DNA of 33,582 bases from an uncultured Actinomycetes bacterium (GTDB lineage: Bacteria; Actinomycetota; Actinomycetes; S36-B12), in the NCBI GenBank assembly GCA_905181745.1, contig CAJIYV010000163.1, forward strand, positions 1 to 33,582. Reading direction: 5' to 3'. Of the stretch, positions 8,637-18,907 are shown one piece after another. A model generated the notes under the pieces. The model made no database searches, was not told the DNA's origin, and saw only the letters and a list, made by a program, of their open reading frames with translations. Position 1 is the stretch's first letter; each line of letters starts with the position of its first letter. The translations under genes were made by a program, and so were the position numbers.

Positions 8637-10376
8637 TCAACTCCCAGAAAGTGCTTCACGCACGGCCTGCGCGATGTGGCCCAGAATTTCACTTTCACGT
8701 GCTCGATCAACACTGGTTACGGTGATTACATGTAAGCCGCTGTTAATTGCTTGATCAAGCGCTTCAGCTAAATCGTCTTCATTAGTGACAGTGACGGCGT
8801 TAGCTTTCATGGAAGAGGCAACAAGAGTCGGGTCTAGATCCAGCGGAACCCCAAAAACTTGTTCAAAGTGCTTGGAGTACTCGGGAGCACCTTGCTCCAG
8901 TGTCGAAAAGATTCCCCCACCATTGTTGTCGATCACAACAATTACAAGATTGATGCTCATCTCAGTGGGCGGAATCAGAAGTGCATTGCTGTCATAGAGA
9001 AATGATTGGTCACCCACCAAAGCAACCACACAGCCATCTCCTTCGACCGTGGCACTGATGGCAATACCGGAGGCCGTAGAAATACAACCGTCAATACCAG
9101 AAACGCCACGATTGCCAAGAACCACCGAGTCGGTAACACTCGTTGCGGCGAATGAGGCAACATGGCGGACAGCCGAAGACGCTCCCAAGAATAATGTTCC
9201 CGATTCCGGTAAAAGACGGGTAACAACCCGCGCAATCTGCATTCCCGTAAGTTCTTCCGGATTCAGAACGGTCTCGATTGCAGCAGCCGCCAAGATGTCG
9301 GCCCGCTGCCACTGCTCGAGCCATTCACCATCGACTTCGCATTCCTGCGGTGGAAGCGGAACAGAAGCGATCACCAGGTCCGCGCTTCGGGTTGGGTCAG
9401 AGAACTGCACGTGGCTATCTACCGCGATGTGAATCTCCGCCGAATCAATGAGCTGCAAAACTCCACGAGATAGGCCGACCTTCCCAATAGTTAGAACTAG
9501 TTCAGGGATATGGGTTTCGCGGAAGGTCTGGTCCGCGGCCAACAGGAGCCCATGGGAGAGCGTGAGATCGGCTCGGCTCAAATTAGCACTGGGTTCGGCA
9601 ATTATTGGCCAACCAATAAAGTCGCTGAGTTCGTCAATCATTTCGACACAATCGGGATCGTTGTGATCACCGACCACAATTAGCCCACGTGCCGGCACCA
9701 CTGCCTCTTCATCAACAAATGACATTATCTCGTCCAGTGGCGAACTCACGGCGGCAAATAATCTGGCATCGGCCGCCCAAGGTCTTCCATCGGGGCGCCC
9801 GTCAAGGTCCTCGACCCAATTACCGTCTGAGTCGCCCACAAGTGGAGCCGAGAATGGGATATTGAGATGAACCGGACCTGGGCTGACCGAATCAGTCGCT
9901 ATCCCGACAGCCCGCGAAACTTCCGAGCGCCAATATTTGACTTGACCTTCGGAAGTGGTGGCGGTTGCCATGTCGGTAACGGACCGAACATGTGGTCCGA
10001 AAATCGTTGTCTGCGCAATTGTTTGATTGGCCCCAATTCCCCGCAATTGGGGTGGTCGGTCAGCTGTCAATAACAGCATCGGAACATAAGAATGATCAGC
10101 TTCGATGACTGCAGGCAACAGATTTGCAACGGCGCTGCCTGAAGTGGTCACTACTGCAGCCGGGATCCCGGTGGCCTTCCCTATTCCCAATGCAACAAAG
10201 CCAGCAACCCGCTCATCAAGCCGCACATGCACACGGATGTCGAATCGCGTGTGCGCTGCGGCAAGTTCCAGTGCCAGTGGTGCACTGCGCGAACCAGGCG
10301 CAAGAACGACGTCAGTCACTCCGCAACGAATCAGTTCGTCGACCATGACTTTCGCTTGGGCGACCGAAGGCTCCAT
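8637..10376 (-). CDS. menD: 2-succinyl-5-enolpyruvyl-6-hydroxy-3-cyclohexene-1-carboxylate (SEPHCHC) synthase
   Basis: The ORF has the N-terminal MenD-type motif PGSRSAPL and the ThDP motif GDQSFLYDSNAL...NNGGGIF. The start is uncertain: ATG at 10376 (MEPSVAQAK..., 4 nt after the menC stop) or GTG at 10394 (the longest ORF). Confidence 0.92.
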   Translation of the reverse strand: MEPSVAQAKVMVDELIRCGVTDVVLAPGSRSAPLALELAAAHTRFDIRVHVRLDERVAGFVALGIGKATGIPAAVVTTSGSAVANLLPAVIEADHSYVPMLLLTADRPPQLRGIGANQTIAQTTIFGPHVRSVTDMATATTSEGQVKYWRSEVSRAVGIATDSVSPGPVHLNIPFSAPLVGDSDGNWVEDLDGRPDGRPWAADARLFAAVSSPLDEIMSFVDEEAVVPARGLIVVGDHNDPDCVEMIDELSDFIGWPIIAEPSANLSRADLTLSHGLLLAADQTFRETHIPELVLTIGKVGLSRGVLQLIDSAEIHIAVDSHVQFSDPTRSADLVIASVPLPPQECEVDGEWLEQWQRADILAAAAIETVLNPEELTGMQIARVVTRLLPESGTLFLGASSAVRHVASFAATSVTDSVVLGNRGVSGIDGCISTASGIAISATVEGDGCVVALVGDQSFLYDSNALLIPPTEMSINLVIVVIDNNGGGIFSTLEQGAPEYSKHFEQVFGVPLDLDPTLVASSMKANAVTVTNEDDLAEALDQAINSGLHVITVTSVDRARESEILGHIAQAVREALSGS

Positions 10377-10380
10377 GTCC

Positions 10381-11382
10381 CTAGCCTTGCACACTCCATT
10401 TGGGTACGCCCCATGACGCGAGTTGGGACTCAGGAATTAACTGCCAGGCCTGAGCAAGCCGTTTTCGCCACAAGTCCTGTTGGGTTTTGGATAGGGGGAC
10501 ACGCGCTAGTTGTTCCGGATCAGGCTCACATTTCGCAACTCGAATTCGGCCTCCATGGGGAATAGCCGACTGCTTCACGGTATCCGTTGCCAGCAGCATG
10601 CCAGTTCCCAACCCAGCTACCTGGTCAGGAGCGAATTTATGGGCCGCTAACAGTGAGGAGCTCAGGCCAACGCTTGACTCAAGTGCACTACTAAATCGAA
10701 CCGGCACGTCCAGCTTTTCAATCAGCCGCTCAACTGCATCAATGCCTCCGAGCGGAGATACCTTGATGATTGCCAGATCAGCGAATTCACTCACTTGGTA
10801 TTGGCCGTCGGTGCGAATGGTTTCATCAACTGCAATAGGAACGGTCAATTTTTTGCGCAGTTTGCGTAATTGCGTTGCCGACCGACATGGTTGCTCAATG
10901 TATTCAATGGGAACTGATTGCAGTTCAGCAATGGTGTTAATCGCCTGCTCAATACCCCAGCGGCCATTGGCATCAAGTCGAATCAGCAACTTGTTTAATT
11001 GTCCCGCTTCAACGAATGCTCGGACAATTTCTTGTACGCGCTCGACATCTTGATCCACGTCAAGTCCTACTTTAATTTTTATAGTGGTGCAACCAAATTC
11101 GTTCAGCGCCCTAGCGCTCCCCAGATAAGGATCCTCGTTGTCCCCAATAATTGCGTTTACCGCGACGCTTGAATTTTGTGGAAACTCAATTGGAACAAAT
11201 GCCGATTCCAATGCGGCACGTAGCCATAAGGAATCTTCGATGGGCGCGTAGTTGGGAAAGGGACTGAATTCACCCCAACCCGAAGGCCCCGCTAACAGAA
11301 TCCCTTCTCGCCTCCGAACTCCTCGAAACTCTTTTTGCAAGGTAAGCGAAAAGAACTCAAGTTCGGGAAAAGCAAACAACAT
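10381..11382 (-). CDS. menC: o-Succinylbenzoate synthase (enolase superfamily)
   Basis: 333-aa ORF with enolase-superfamily metal-ligand regions (IKIKVG, RLDANG, IEYIEQP, VDE). It sits between menB and menD. Confidence 0.85.
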   Translation of the reverse strand: MLFAFPELEFFSLTLQKEFRGVRRREGILLAGPSGWGEFSPFPNYAPIEDSLWLRAALESAFVPIEFPQNSSVAVNAIIGDNEDPYLGSARALNEFGCTTIKIKVGLDVDQDVERVQEIVRAFVEAGQLNKLLIRLDANGRWGIEQAINTIAELQSVPIEYIEQPCRSATQLRKLRKKLTVPIAVDETIRTDGQYQVSEFADLAIIKVSPLGGIDAVERLIEKLDVPVRFSSALESSVGLSSSLLAAHKFAPDQVAGLGTGMLLATDTVKQSAIPHGGRIRVAKCEPDPEQLARVPLSKTQQDLWRKRLAQAWQLIPESQLASWGVPKWSVQG

Positions 11383-11387
11383 AAAGA

Positions 11388-12320
11388 CTACGGCCGCTTC
11401 GGGAAGCGTCCAAAATCAGGATCACGCTTTTCTTTGTAAGCATCGCGACCCTCTTGGGCTTCCTCGGTCATGTAAAATAGAAGCGTTGAGTCCCCCGCCA
11501 GTTGTTGAATCCCCGCCAGACCGTCATCGACTGCATTATGTGATGCCTTCAGCATGCGAAGTGCGAGAGGCGACATGGTGAGCATTTGTGATGCTAAGTC
11601 GCAAGTCGCAATCTCAAGGTCTTCAAGCGGAACTACTTCGTTGACCAAGCCCCAGTCGTAGGCCTGCTCGGCGCCGTATTGATTACACGTATACCAGACT
11701 TCACGCGAGCGCTTTTGTCCGACAATTCGTGCGAGTAGGCCTGATCCGTATCCACCATCGAATGAACCAACTCTGGGACCGGTTTGACCAAAACGCGCAT
11801 TGTCGGCTGCAACGGTCAGATCACACACCACATGGAGAACATGACCACCACCAATTGAATAGCCGGCAACCATGGCGATTACCGGCTTAGGCAGCCGGCG
11901 AATCTGGACCTGAAGGTCAAGAACGTTGAGGCGACCGATTCCTTTATGGGCGACCTCGTCGTCGCCGATGTAGCCATCATTACCGCGAACTACTTGATCG
12001 CCTCCGGAGCAAAATGCGAGATCCCCTTGTCCCGTCAAAATAATGACACCGACGCGATCATCGTCACGGGCCGCATTAAAAGCATCACTTAACTCAAAAA
12101 GGGTCTGCGGACGAAACGCATTTCGCTTTCCTGGTCGACAAATCGTAATTTTTGCTATTCCTTGATGGGCGCCAGTGCCCAGACTGAAAGTGATATCACT
12201 GAAGTCTCCCACGTTTTTCCAATCACACGCCGCGGTGATGGACGAGTGGGTTGGATCGGTCCAGGCTGGCGAATCAGCTGGGGCGACCGGGGGCAGTACA
12301 TAGCGTTTGCGAGTGTCCAT
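11388..12320 (-). CDS. menB: 1,4-Dihydroxy-2-naphthoyl-CoA synthase
   Basis: 310-aa crotonase-fold ORF with [20 protein letters not shown] and a C-terminal [14 protein letters not shown]. It is the long-N-terminus form common in Actinobacteria. Confidence 0.95.
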   Translation of the reverse strand: MDTRKRYVLPPVAPADSPAWTDPTHSSITAACDWKNVGDFSDITFSLGTGAHQGIAKITICRPGKRNAFRPQTLFELSDAFNAARDDDRVGVIILTGQGDLAFCSGGDQVVRGNDGYIGDDEVAHKGIGRLNVLDLQVQIRRLPKPVIAMVAGYSIGGGHVLHVVCDLTVAADNARFGQTGPRVGSFDGGYGSGLLARIVGQKRSREVWYTCNQYGAEQAYDWGLVNEVVPLEDLEIATCDLASQMLTMSPLALRMLKASHNAVDDGLAGIQQLAGDSTLLFYMTEEAQEGRDAYKEKRDPDFGRFPKRP

Positions 12321-12355
12321 GTGCCGAGATTACCTGCATCTCCTATCCTCGCCTC

Positions 12356-13537
12356 GTGGCCGACTCACCTATTCGCGTAATTGAACCTACCGAGATCCCT
12401 CCCGGTAGTGCTGGAGTCGTGACCGCCTTTAATGCCCTCAGCGAGGCTCTCGCCAACGATCAGGTTTTTGCGCCCATTCCACAGCAAAGCCGTCACTACT
12501 CCACGCACCAGATCCAGGCAATCCAAGAAGCGATTAATCCCAACGCGCCGTGCCACGCCGATACGGTCGCGATTCTGACGACTTCAGGGTCAACTGGAAA
12601 CCCCCGCGGAGTTGAACTCAGTGCCTCCCAGTTGAGTGCGATGAATGACTTTGTAAATTCAGGCGCGGTCATCGGAGTGCGGCTTGATGCACCACCCAGG
12701 TGGATTTGCGCGTTGCCCGTTACATCCGTTGGTGGAGTGAATGTTCTGACCCGTTCAATTGCGGCCGGGTCGCCTCCCATCGCACTCGAAAGTATTGCCG
12801 GTGGTTCTACTTTTGATCCTGATGAATTCGCGAACTCCGTGGCAAAGATCCGCGATGAACCTGTATTTGTCTCATTGGTGCCAACCCAACTTCGTAGGCT
12901 GCTCAACTCACAAAATGGTGCCCGAGCACTACGCCATTGCACGGCCATTTTGATCGGTGGCGGACCAACTCACACCAATGACTTCCTGCAGGCACAGGAT
13001 CTAGGACTACCTGTGAGCTACACCTACGGCATGACCGAGACTTCCGGTGGATGCGTATTCAGCGGGAAAAGCGGGCCCGGCACCGATTTCACACTTGATC
13101 CCGTGGACTCCCGAATCACTCTCCATGGTCCGAGTGTCGCTGTGGGCTATCGACCCATCGCCAAGGGGGATTTCACCGCATTTAACTCAACTTTCACGAC
13201 CGATGATTTCGGGGTCGTAGATCTGATTGGGCAATTAGAAATTCTCGGCAGGCTTGATGACATTGTTTTGGTCAACGGAGTAAATATCTCTCGAACTGCA
13301 ATTGGCAAGATCATCGAGGGGAGTTCAGCGGTACAGGGTTGTTACGTGCTTCCCAATCTCACCGCACTGATAGTTGGCTCACCCTTGGAATTTGAGGATG
13401 CGTCAGAGAACATTCGTAACCAAATCGCACGAGAGCTCGGACCTATTGCTATCCCCACTTTCCGCGTAGTCACGCAACTCCCGACCTTGCCAAATGGCAA
13501 ACTGGATCGAGTCACAATCACGAACCTTTACGGTTAG
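12356..13537 (+). CDS. menE: o-Succinylbenzoate-CoA ligase
   Basis: The AMP-binding motif TSGSTGNPRGVEL and YGMTET are present, and the gene lies next to menB and menA. The track ORF starts at 12251, inside menB on the opposite strand. I prefer the first in-frame GTG past the menB start (12356). The start remains uncertain. Confidence 0.8.
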   Translation: MADSPIRVIEPTEIPPGSAGVVTAFNALSEALANDQVFAPIPQQSRHYSTHQIQAIQEAINPNAPCHADTVAILTTSGSTGNPRGVELSASQLSAMNDFVNSGAVIGVRLDAPPRWICALPVTSVGGVNVLTRSIAAGSPPIALESIAGGSTFDPDEFANSVAKIRDEPVFVSLVPTQLRRLLNSQNGARALRHCTAILIGGGPTHTNDFLQAQDLGLPVSYTYGMTETSGGCVFSGKSGPGTDFTLDPVDSRITLHGPSVAVGYRPIAKGDFTAFNSTFTTDDFGVVDLIGQLEILGRLDDIVLVNGVNISRTAIGKIIEGSSAVQGCYVLPNLTALIVGSPLEFEDASENIRNQIARELGPIAIPTFRVVTQLPTLPNGKLDRVTITNLYG

Positions 13538-13540
13538 CCC

Positions 13541-14413
13541 GTGGCCACAACAAGTGAATGGATTCAGGGCGCTCGACCGCGTACACTTCCGGCAGCAATC
13601 GCACCCGTGCTGGTGGGAACCGGTATCGCCCAGCATGCTGATTCATTTAATATTGTTCGGGCGCTCTTAGCTTTAGTCGTTGCACTAGCCCTTCAAGCCG
13701 GGGTTAACTACTCAAATGACTACAGCGATGGGATCCGCGGGACCGACAGCCAACGCGTGGGCCCGGTGCGCCTGGTGGGTCAGGGGCTTGCTCAAGCCCA
13801 CCAAGTGAAGCGGGCTGCATTCCTGATGTTCGCATTCGCGATGGTCAGCGGATTAATAGTGGTTCTGCTTACACACGCCTGGTGGCTGCTCCTAGTTGGC
13901 GCAGCGAGCGTGGCAGCTGCTTGGTTCTATACCGGCGGATCACGACCATATGGTTATGCCGGTTTTGGCGAATTTTTTGTTTTCATCTTTTTTGGAATCG
14001 TGCCAGTCATGGGGACCGCTTATGTGCAAACTCTGGAGCTCACGGTCGGTGCTTTCATTGCTTCCGTCGGCGTGGGCGGACTCGCTTGTTCCATCCTGAT
14101 CACCAACAACTTGCGTGATATTCCCGGCGACACCGAGCACGGAAAACTCACACTGGCGGTTCGACTCGGCGACGTGCGTACTAGGAAGCTTTACGTTGCT
14201 TGCGTAGCTGTGGCTTTCATCGTGCCCGCACTCCTGGTAGTTCCCTTTGGCCCGTGGGCCGCCCTGGGTTACTTGGCCCTGCCCTACGCCGTTGTACCGA
14301 TTAACCTAGTGCTTCGCGGGGCCCGCGGGCCCGCCCTGATCCCCGTCCTCAAAGCTACCGGGAACGTCCTGCTGGTTTACGGGGTTGTTCTGGGTCTCGG
14401 GCTCGCCCTCTAA
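13541..14413 (+). CDS. menA: 1,4-Dihydroxy-2-naphthoate polyprenyltransferase
   Basis: 290-aa polytopic membrane ORF with a GTG start. The UbiA-family motif NDYSDGIRGTD and a second Asp-rich region NNLRDIPGD are present. Confidence 0.92.
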   Translation: MATTSEWIQGARPRTLPAAIAPVLVGTGIAQHADSFNIVRALLALVVALALQAGVNYSNDYSDGIRGTDSQRVGPVRLVGQGLAQAHQVKRAAFLMFAFAMVSGLIVVLLTHAWWLLLVGAASVAAAWFYTGGSRPYGYAGFGEFFVFIFFGIVPVMGTAYVQTLELTVGAFIASVGVGGLACSILITNNLRDIPGDTEHGKLTLAVRLGDVRTRKLYVACVAVAFIVPALLVVPFGPWAALGYLALPYAVVPINLVLRGARGPALIPVLKATGNVLLVYGVVLGLGLAL

Positions 14414-14650
14414 ATAGTCCTCTTTGGCGGCGGCGGCATCAATGCGCTCATTGAGTCTGCGGAAGAATCCAAAAATCGATTGACTCATCGCATCTCGCTG
14501 TTTTCCCAGAAAAATAATGCTGAAGATCGCTGAAATGAGAAGCGCCAGCGCTAGAGCCAGCAGCCCCCTGACCGAAGTGAGGAATTGGATGGCGAACCAG
14601 ATCACGACCACCAGCGCCAATCTGATGGTCGTGTAGGTTACCCACGCCAT
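14306..14650 (-). CDS. Small membrane protein, DUF4229-like
   Basis: The N-terminus (MAWVTYTTIRLALVVV...) is followed by two hydrophobic helices and an acidic tail. Architecture and position next to menA match the actinobacterial DUF4229 family as I remember it. An alternative GTG start lies at 14665. The 3' 108 nt overlap menA on the opposite strand. Confidence 0.65.
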   Translation of the reverse strand: MAWVTYTTIRLALVVVIWFAIQFLTSVRGLLALALALLISAIFSIIFLGKQRDAMSQSIFGFFRRLNERIDAAAAKEDYLEGEPETQNNPVNQQDVPGSFEDGDQGGPAGPAKH

Positions 14651-14790
14651 TGATTTGTTCTTCACCCCCTCAACGCTACCCCGACAAGGTTTGCGATTAT
14701 GGCGTACCCTTAGATTTTACCAACGGGCAACGTGAGTGGGCAGCAAGGAACAATGCAGGACCGATATTCCACGGATTTGTGAGGAGGGCC

Positions 14791-15096
14791 ATGATCAAGG
14801 TAGCTGGAGGTTTAGTAGGAATCGCTTTCTACATTTATTCGATTATCGATGTCCTGCGCAGCGAAAAGAGTCGCACGCGCACGCTCCCGAAATACGTCTG
14901 GCTCCTGATCGTGATCGTGTTACCAATTATTGGCGGAGTGATCTGGTTGCTATTAGGACGCCCCTGGCCAGCCGGCGGATTGTCGGGGCGAAAGTCCGAG
15001 CCCAGCGCCCCTGACGATGATCCTAAATTCTTGCGCAAGCTCGATGACGACGTGTGGATAGATAAAATGCGTAAACGACGCGAGCAAAACCCCTGA
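14791..15096 (+). CDS. Small membrane protein with PLD-nuclease-N-terminal (PLDc_N) type domain
   Basis: The ATG at 14791 is preceded by GAGGAGG (14781-14787). The product has two TM helices (IAFYIYSIIDVL and WLLIVIVLPIIGGVIWLLLGRP) and a charged tail. The part of the track ORF upstream of 14791 has no protein-like character. Confidence 0.7.
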   Translation: MIKVAGGLVGIAFYIYSIIDVLRSEKSRTRTLPKYVWLLIVIVLPIIGGVIWLLLGRPWPAGGLSGRKSEPSAPDDDPKFLRKLDDDVWIDKMRKRREQNP

Positions 15097-15119
15097 TTCG
15101 CAGACTTTCTGTGACTTAG

Positions 15120-16049
15120 CTACATCCCCGCGTAACTATGCAGGCTGTTAATGAAGATATTGACCCCAAAATAGTTGATCAGAAATGATAGCCAACCGAC
15201 TAATACAATGACTGAGGCTTTCTGGTGTTTCCAACCGGCTGTTGAACGCGCGTGCAAGTACGCAGCGAAGACCACCCAGGTAATGAATGCCCATGTTTCT
15301 TTGGGGTCCCATCCCCAATATCTGCCCCAGGCATTTTCAGCCCAAATCGCTCCTGCGACAACAGCAAAAGTCCAGATGGGAAATGAGAAAGAAATAATTC
15401 GGTGGGTGAGCCCTTCCAGTTTTTCTCGTGATGGCAGTTGCTTAAACCAGCCTTTGTCTGAGATCAAGGACAGACCTGCGGTTGCAGCTCCCACAGTGAA
15501 GGCCCCGCCGCCAATAATCGCCGCAAAGACATGAATGACGAGCCAGTAGGACTTCAATGCCGGAACTAGCTGGGCCGCCTCGGTGTACAACACCGTTACG
15601 GCTAAGCCGAGGGTTAACAGGGTCGGGATTGTGACAAAAAGCCCCAGCCATCGCAAATCTCGCCGGGTTGACCACACCAGGAATACCAGCAAGATTCCTA
15701 ACGCCGAAGTAATCGAAAATTCGTACATATTGCCCCAGGGCACCCGTCCGGCCCACATTCCACGGAGAACGACTCCCACGAGGAGCATTGCCGCTGATAG
15801 CCAGGTCAGAGACATGCCAATATTCGCAGCCCGGTGGCCTGGCTCTAGTCGAGTCACTTCGCTGAGCGATTCTTGCAACTTTGATCCACCGGATTCGACT
15901 AACACTTTCGCTGACTCCAGTTGGACCTGTGGCTCTTTTCGCCGTCCCGCAGCGAAAGAAATTGAAAATAGTACTGTCGCAATGAACAGGGTAACCATGG
16001 CAGCGTAGATGAAATTATTACTTGAATCTGCTAATCCCAAGCTATCCAT
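15120..16049 (-). CDS. ccsB: c-type cytochrome biogenesis protein CcsB (ResC/CcsA-like heme handling, System II)
   Basis: 309-aa polytopic ORF with the tryptophan-rich WWD-type motif WGRYWGWDPKETWAFITW. The ATG overlaps the resB stop (TGATG). Confidence 0.9.
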   Translation of the reverse strand: MDSLGLADSSNNFIYAAMVTLFIATVLFSISFAAGRRKEPQVQLESAKVLVESGGSKLQESLSEVTRLEPGHRAANIGMSLTWLSAAMLLVGVVLRGMWAGRVPWGNMYEFSITSALGILLVFLVWSTRRDLRWLGLFVTIPTLLTLGLAVTVLYTEAAQLVPALKSYWLVIHVFAAIIGGGAFTVGAATAGLSLISDKGWFKQLPSREKLEGLTHRIISFSFPIWTFAVVAGAIWAENAWGRYWGWDPKETWAFITWVVFAAYLHARSTAGWKHQKASVIVLVGWLSFLINYFGVNIFINSLHSYAGM

Positions 16050-17581
16050 CAGAGCACTTTCCCTTTCAGTAATTCAACAAGTCGGTCCACCTGCTCTGTT
16101 GCATCGTGACCGGACGCTTTGGCGATCCCCGCGACCTCAACCTTAACCCGGCTCCCCGATATGCGCCCGGGAACCTCACCGACCTTGACCCAGATTCGAC
16201 GACGTTGGACAAACAGACTCATGCTCAGTCCAGCAATTGCCAGGATTGCCGCAATCAAAGCCAATTCCTTGCCCGGGTCGTAGGCGAGCTGAAATGAGGC
16301 CCAGCGCTCATAACCGGTGAATTCGATGCTTCCCGCGCCTTCGGGCAACTTCCAGGTCTGCCCAATCCGCAACGGATCGATTCCTAGCTGGGTCATGCCT
16401 TCAACGTTGAGGGTGTAAATACTCTGCGGAACACCGTCATCTAAACCAAGATCACCCGCCCAGGCCCCGAAAAAAATAGAAATGTCGTCGGGCGCCGGGA
16501 AAGTCGAGTGTGGTCCGCGGATTTCGTCAACTGCCGTAGTTGGTAGGAAGAGTCCGCGAAAACCCAGCTGCGGATCTGCATCAGGAACTTTGATTACCCC
16601 TGTTGACGTGAAATTGCCGTCTTGTGGCAGAAATACGACCGCGTCGTCGAGAACTACTACACCCTGTGAATCGCGCACGATTAGCTTCGGTGCATAACCG
16701 TGTCCCACCAAAAAGACCTTTGCTGAATCAATTACTAACGGCTGATTAACTTCGACCAAATGCGTAGTTGACCCTGGCTCACCCGGCTGATCCACGACCA
16801 TGTTTGCTTCAAAAAGCCTTGGTGCCCCTGACTGAGCATTTCCGCGTTCGAATTCAACATTAAAACTCTCAAGAGTGAAAGAAAACTCGGGAAGGTTATC
16901 TGCCGAGGAAAGTTTTCCACCACCCCAAGCGTCGTACTGGGTCAAGGTATTGGAGAAACCTTCACCCTCACGAACGATGACATTGCCGCGCCAACCGAAG
17001 AGTCCCCCGATCGCAACCCCAACTAAAATCAGGATGAGCGAGAAATGGAAAACCAAATTGCCGGTTTCACGCAGGTACCCCTTTTCGGCTGCAACCCAGT
17101 GACCGCCGTGTGTGTCGTGACCCACCACAGTACGCCAGCGTTCCTTTTTGAGAATTGCGCATGCGCCGGCAATGATCACTTCGGGCTCACCCGCAAATTC
17201 AAATTCACCTCCACCAAATCGGGAGAGATTCTTGGGTGCAGACGGCGGCGGCCTACGCATCGCTTTCCAATGCAGCCCAAGCCTGGGTAGGACACACCCA
17301 ATCAGGGAAATGAACAGTAAAATGTACACGGCCGAGTACCACGGCGATCCGAACACGTCAAAGAGCCCCACTGAATCAAAAATTGGCCCGAGCGTTGGGT
17401 TGTCTGTGATCCACTGCTCAACCAAGATTGGGTTGGTGCCTCTCTGAGGCAAAATTGAACCGGGAATACTCGCAAGAGCAAGTAAGAACAGCAAAATCAG
17501 TGCTGTTTTCATGCTCGTGAGTTGCCGCCACAGCCACCGAAGAAACCCGCGCTGTGAAAGTGGAGGTAATTGAGCGCTCAC
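16049..17581 (-). CDS. resB: Cytochrome c biogenesis protein ResB (System II)
   Basis: 510-aa ORF with N-terminal TM helices, a large extracytoplasmic domain and a C-terminal TM helix. It sits between ccdA and ccsB. The GTG start overlaps the ccdA stop. Confidence 0.88.
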   Translation of the reverse strand: MSAQLPPLSQRGFLRWLWRQLTSMKTALILLFLLALASIPGSILPQRGTNPILVEQWITDNPTLGPIFDSVGLFDVFGSPWYSAVYILLFISLIGCVLPRLGLHWKAMRRPPPSAPKNLSRFGGGEFEFAGEPEVIIAGACAILKKERWRTVVGHDTHGGHWVAAEKGYLRETGNLVFHFSLILILVGVAIGGLFGWRGNVIVREGEGFSNTLTQYDAWGGGKLSSADNLPEFSFTLESFNVEFERGNAQSGAPRLFEANMVVDQPGEPGSTTHLVEVNQPLVIDSAKVFLVGHGYAPKLIVRDSQGVVVLDDAVVFLPQDGNFTSTGVIKVPDADPQLGFRGLFLPTTAVDEIRGPHSTFPAPDDISIFFGAWAGDLGLDDGVPQSIYTLNVEGMTQLGIDPLRIGQTWKLPEGAGSIEFTGYERWASFQLAYDPGKELALIAAILAIAGLSMSLFVQRRRIWVKVGEVPGRISGSRVKVEVAGIAKASGHDATEQVDRLVELLKGKVL

Positions 17582-18324
17582 TACATCACCGTCTCAAACC
17601 CTGGTAACGTCACTCGAAGCCAAATGGTGAATTCGGCCCACCCTCCCGTGATCAGGAGTAATCCCACAATCACCAACAAGATGCCACCGATTCGCATAAT
17701 GGCAAGATTATGCGTCCGCAAAAAATTCAATGCTCGTGCAGTCCGTGAGAAGAATAAACCTAGCAGGATAAAGGGCAGACCCAATCCTAGCGAATAGACC
17801 AGGGACAGGAGCGCACCTCGGGCCGCACTTGCTTCGGTAAATGCCAGGCTTTGCACGGCTGCAAGTGTGGGCCCGATACATGGTGTCCAACCAATTCCAA
17901 ATGCTATGCCCAGAATTGGAGCACCCGCAATACCCCACCTGGGAATATGGTGAAAGCGATATTCTCGTTGTAAGCCCGGGATCAGACCCATGAAGGCGAG
18001 ACCCATCACAACCACCAGGACTCCAAGAACTCGATTGATCCAATCCGAGTACTCCAACAGGAGCGAACCGAAACCACCAAATAGGGCGCCATAGGAAACA
18101 AAAACCACACTAAAACCGAGTACAAAAAGACTGCTTCCCAACAGTACGCGCCCTTTTCGCCCTTGGGTGAGTTCGGCGCCTGTCAATCCGGTGATATAAC
18201 TGATGTACCCGGGAGCAAGGGGAAGTACGCACGGGCTCAGAAACGCCAGAATCCCTGCCGCAAATGCAATGGGCATTGCAAAGATTAATGAGCCGCTAGT
18301 GACGATCGGCCCTATGTTATCCAT
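17581..18324 (-). CDS. ccdA: Cytochrome c biogenesis thiol-disulfide transporter CcdA (DsbD-core family)
   Basis: Polytopic ORF with the two conserved Cys motifs LSPCVLPLAPGY and GWTPCIGPTL. The start is either the ATG at 18324 or the GTG at 18345. Both overlap the upstream gene. Confidence 0.9.
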   Translation of the reverse strand: MDNIGPIVTSGSLIFAMPIAFAAGILAFLSPCVLPLAPGYISYITGLTGAELTQGRKGRVLLGSSLFVLGFSVVFVSYGALFGGFGSLLLEYSDWINRVLGVLVVVMGLAFMGLIPGLQREYRFHHIPRWGIAGAPILGIAFGIGWTPCIGPTLAAVQSLAFTEASAARGALLSLVYSLGLGLPFILLGLFFSRTARALNFLRTHNLAIMRIGGILLVIVGLLLITGGWAEFTIWLRVTLPGFETVM

Positions 18325-18898
18325 TTGGCGTTCCAGATTCTTCACGCAGCGGCTCGATCATGGCCCGCAGCGTTGCCGCTGTCACCACTCCCAATGCACG
18401 AGCGGCAACCCTTCCTTTTTGGTCGATCACGATCGTTGACGGAATCGCTTGTGGGGGAAGTGAATCATTGAATAGCAACTGAACTCGTCCGTCCGTGTCA
18501 ACCAATGACGGGTAGGTGACATCGAATTTTCTGATGAAAGCTCGCGCGGCAGCATTTGAGTCTCGTGTGTTTAATCCAATGAATTGCACGCCTTGATTCT
18601 CAAATTGTTTTGCGACTTCTTCCAGCGCACCTGCCTCAGCTCGACATGGGGCGCACCAAGAAGCCCACACATTGAGTACCACAATCTGACCGGCGAAATC
18701 AACTAGCTCTAAGGTATTTCCCGCGAGATCGACACCGGACGCATTTGGTGCAACTTGACGCTGATCAGGTGGCAGGATTGTGATGGAACCATCACCGGAA
18801 ACAAAACCTGCATCTGTTGCCGGGTCAGTTGAACAGCCGGTAAGGGTAAGTGCGAATACAACAAATATTGCCGAGGTTGCCCGAGTTAGCGCACGCAT
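18317..18898 (-). CDS. Thioredoxin-fold thiol-disulfide oxidoreductase lipoprotein (ResA/TlpA-like)
   Basis: 193-aa ORF with a signal peptide and lipobox (LTLTGCS), plus the WASWCAPCRAE CxxC active site. It lies directly upstream of ccdA. Confidence 0.87.
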   Translation of the reverse strand: MRALTRATSAIFVVFALTLTGCSTDPATDAGFVSGDGSITILPPDQRQVAPNASGVDLAGNTLELVDFAGQIVVLNVWASWCAPCRAEAGALEEVAKQFENQGVQFIGLNTRDSNAAARAFIRKFDVTYPSLVDTDGRVQLLFNDSLPPQAIPSTIVIDQKGRVAARALGVVTAATLRAMIEPLREESGTPNG

Positions 18899-18907
18899 AT
18901 GTAAATG

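Noticed and set aside
12251-12355. Upstream extension of the menE ORF ([35 protein letters not shown])
   Set aside because: It overlaps the 5' end of divergent menB by 70 nt and has no similarity to the adenylate-forming N-terminus. The first in-frame GTG beyond the menB start (12356) is a more plausible start.
14650-14790. Upstream 47 codons of the PLDc_N ORF
   Set aside because: The composition is not protein-like. The internal ATG at 14791 has a strong GAGGAGG ribosome-binding site and begins directly at the first TM helix.
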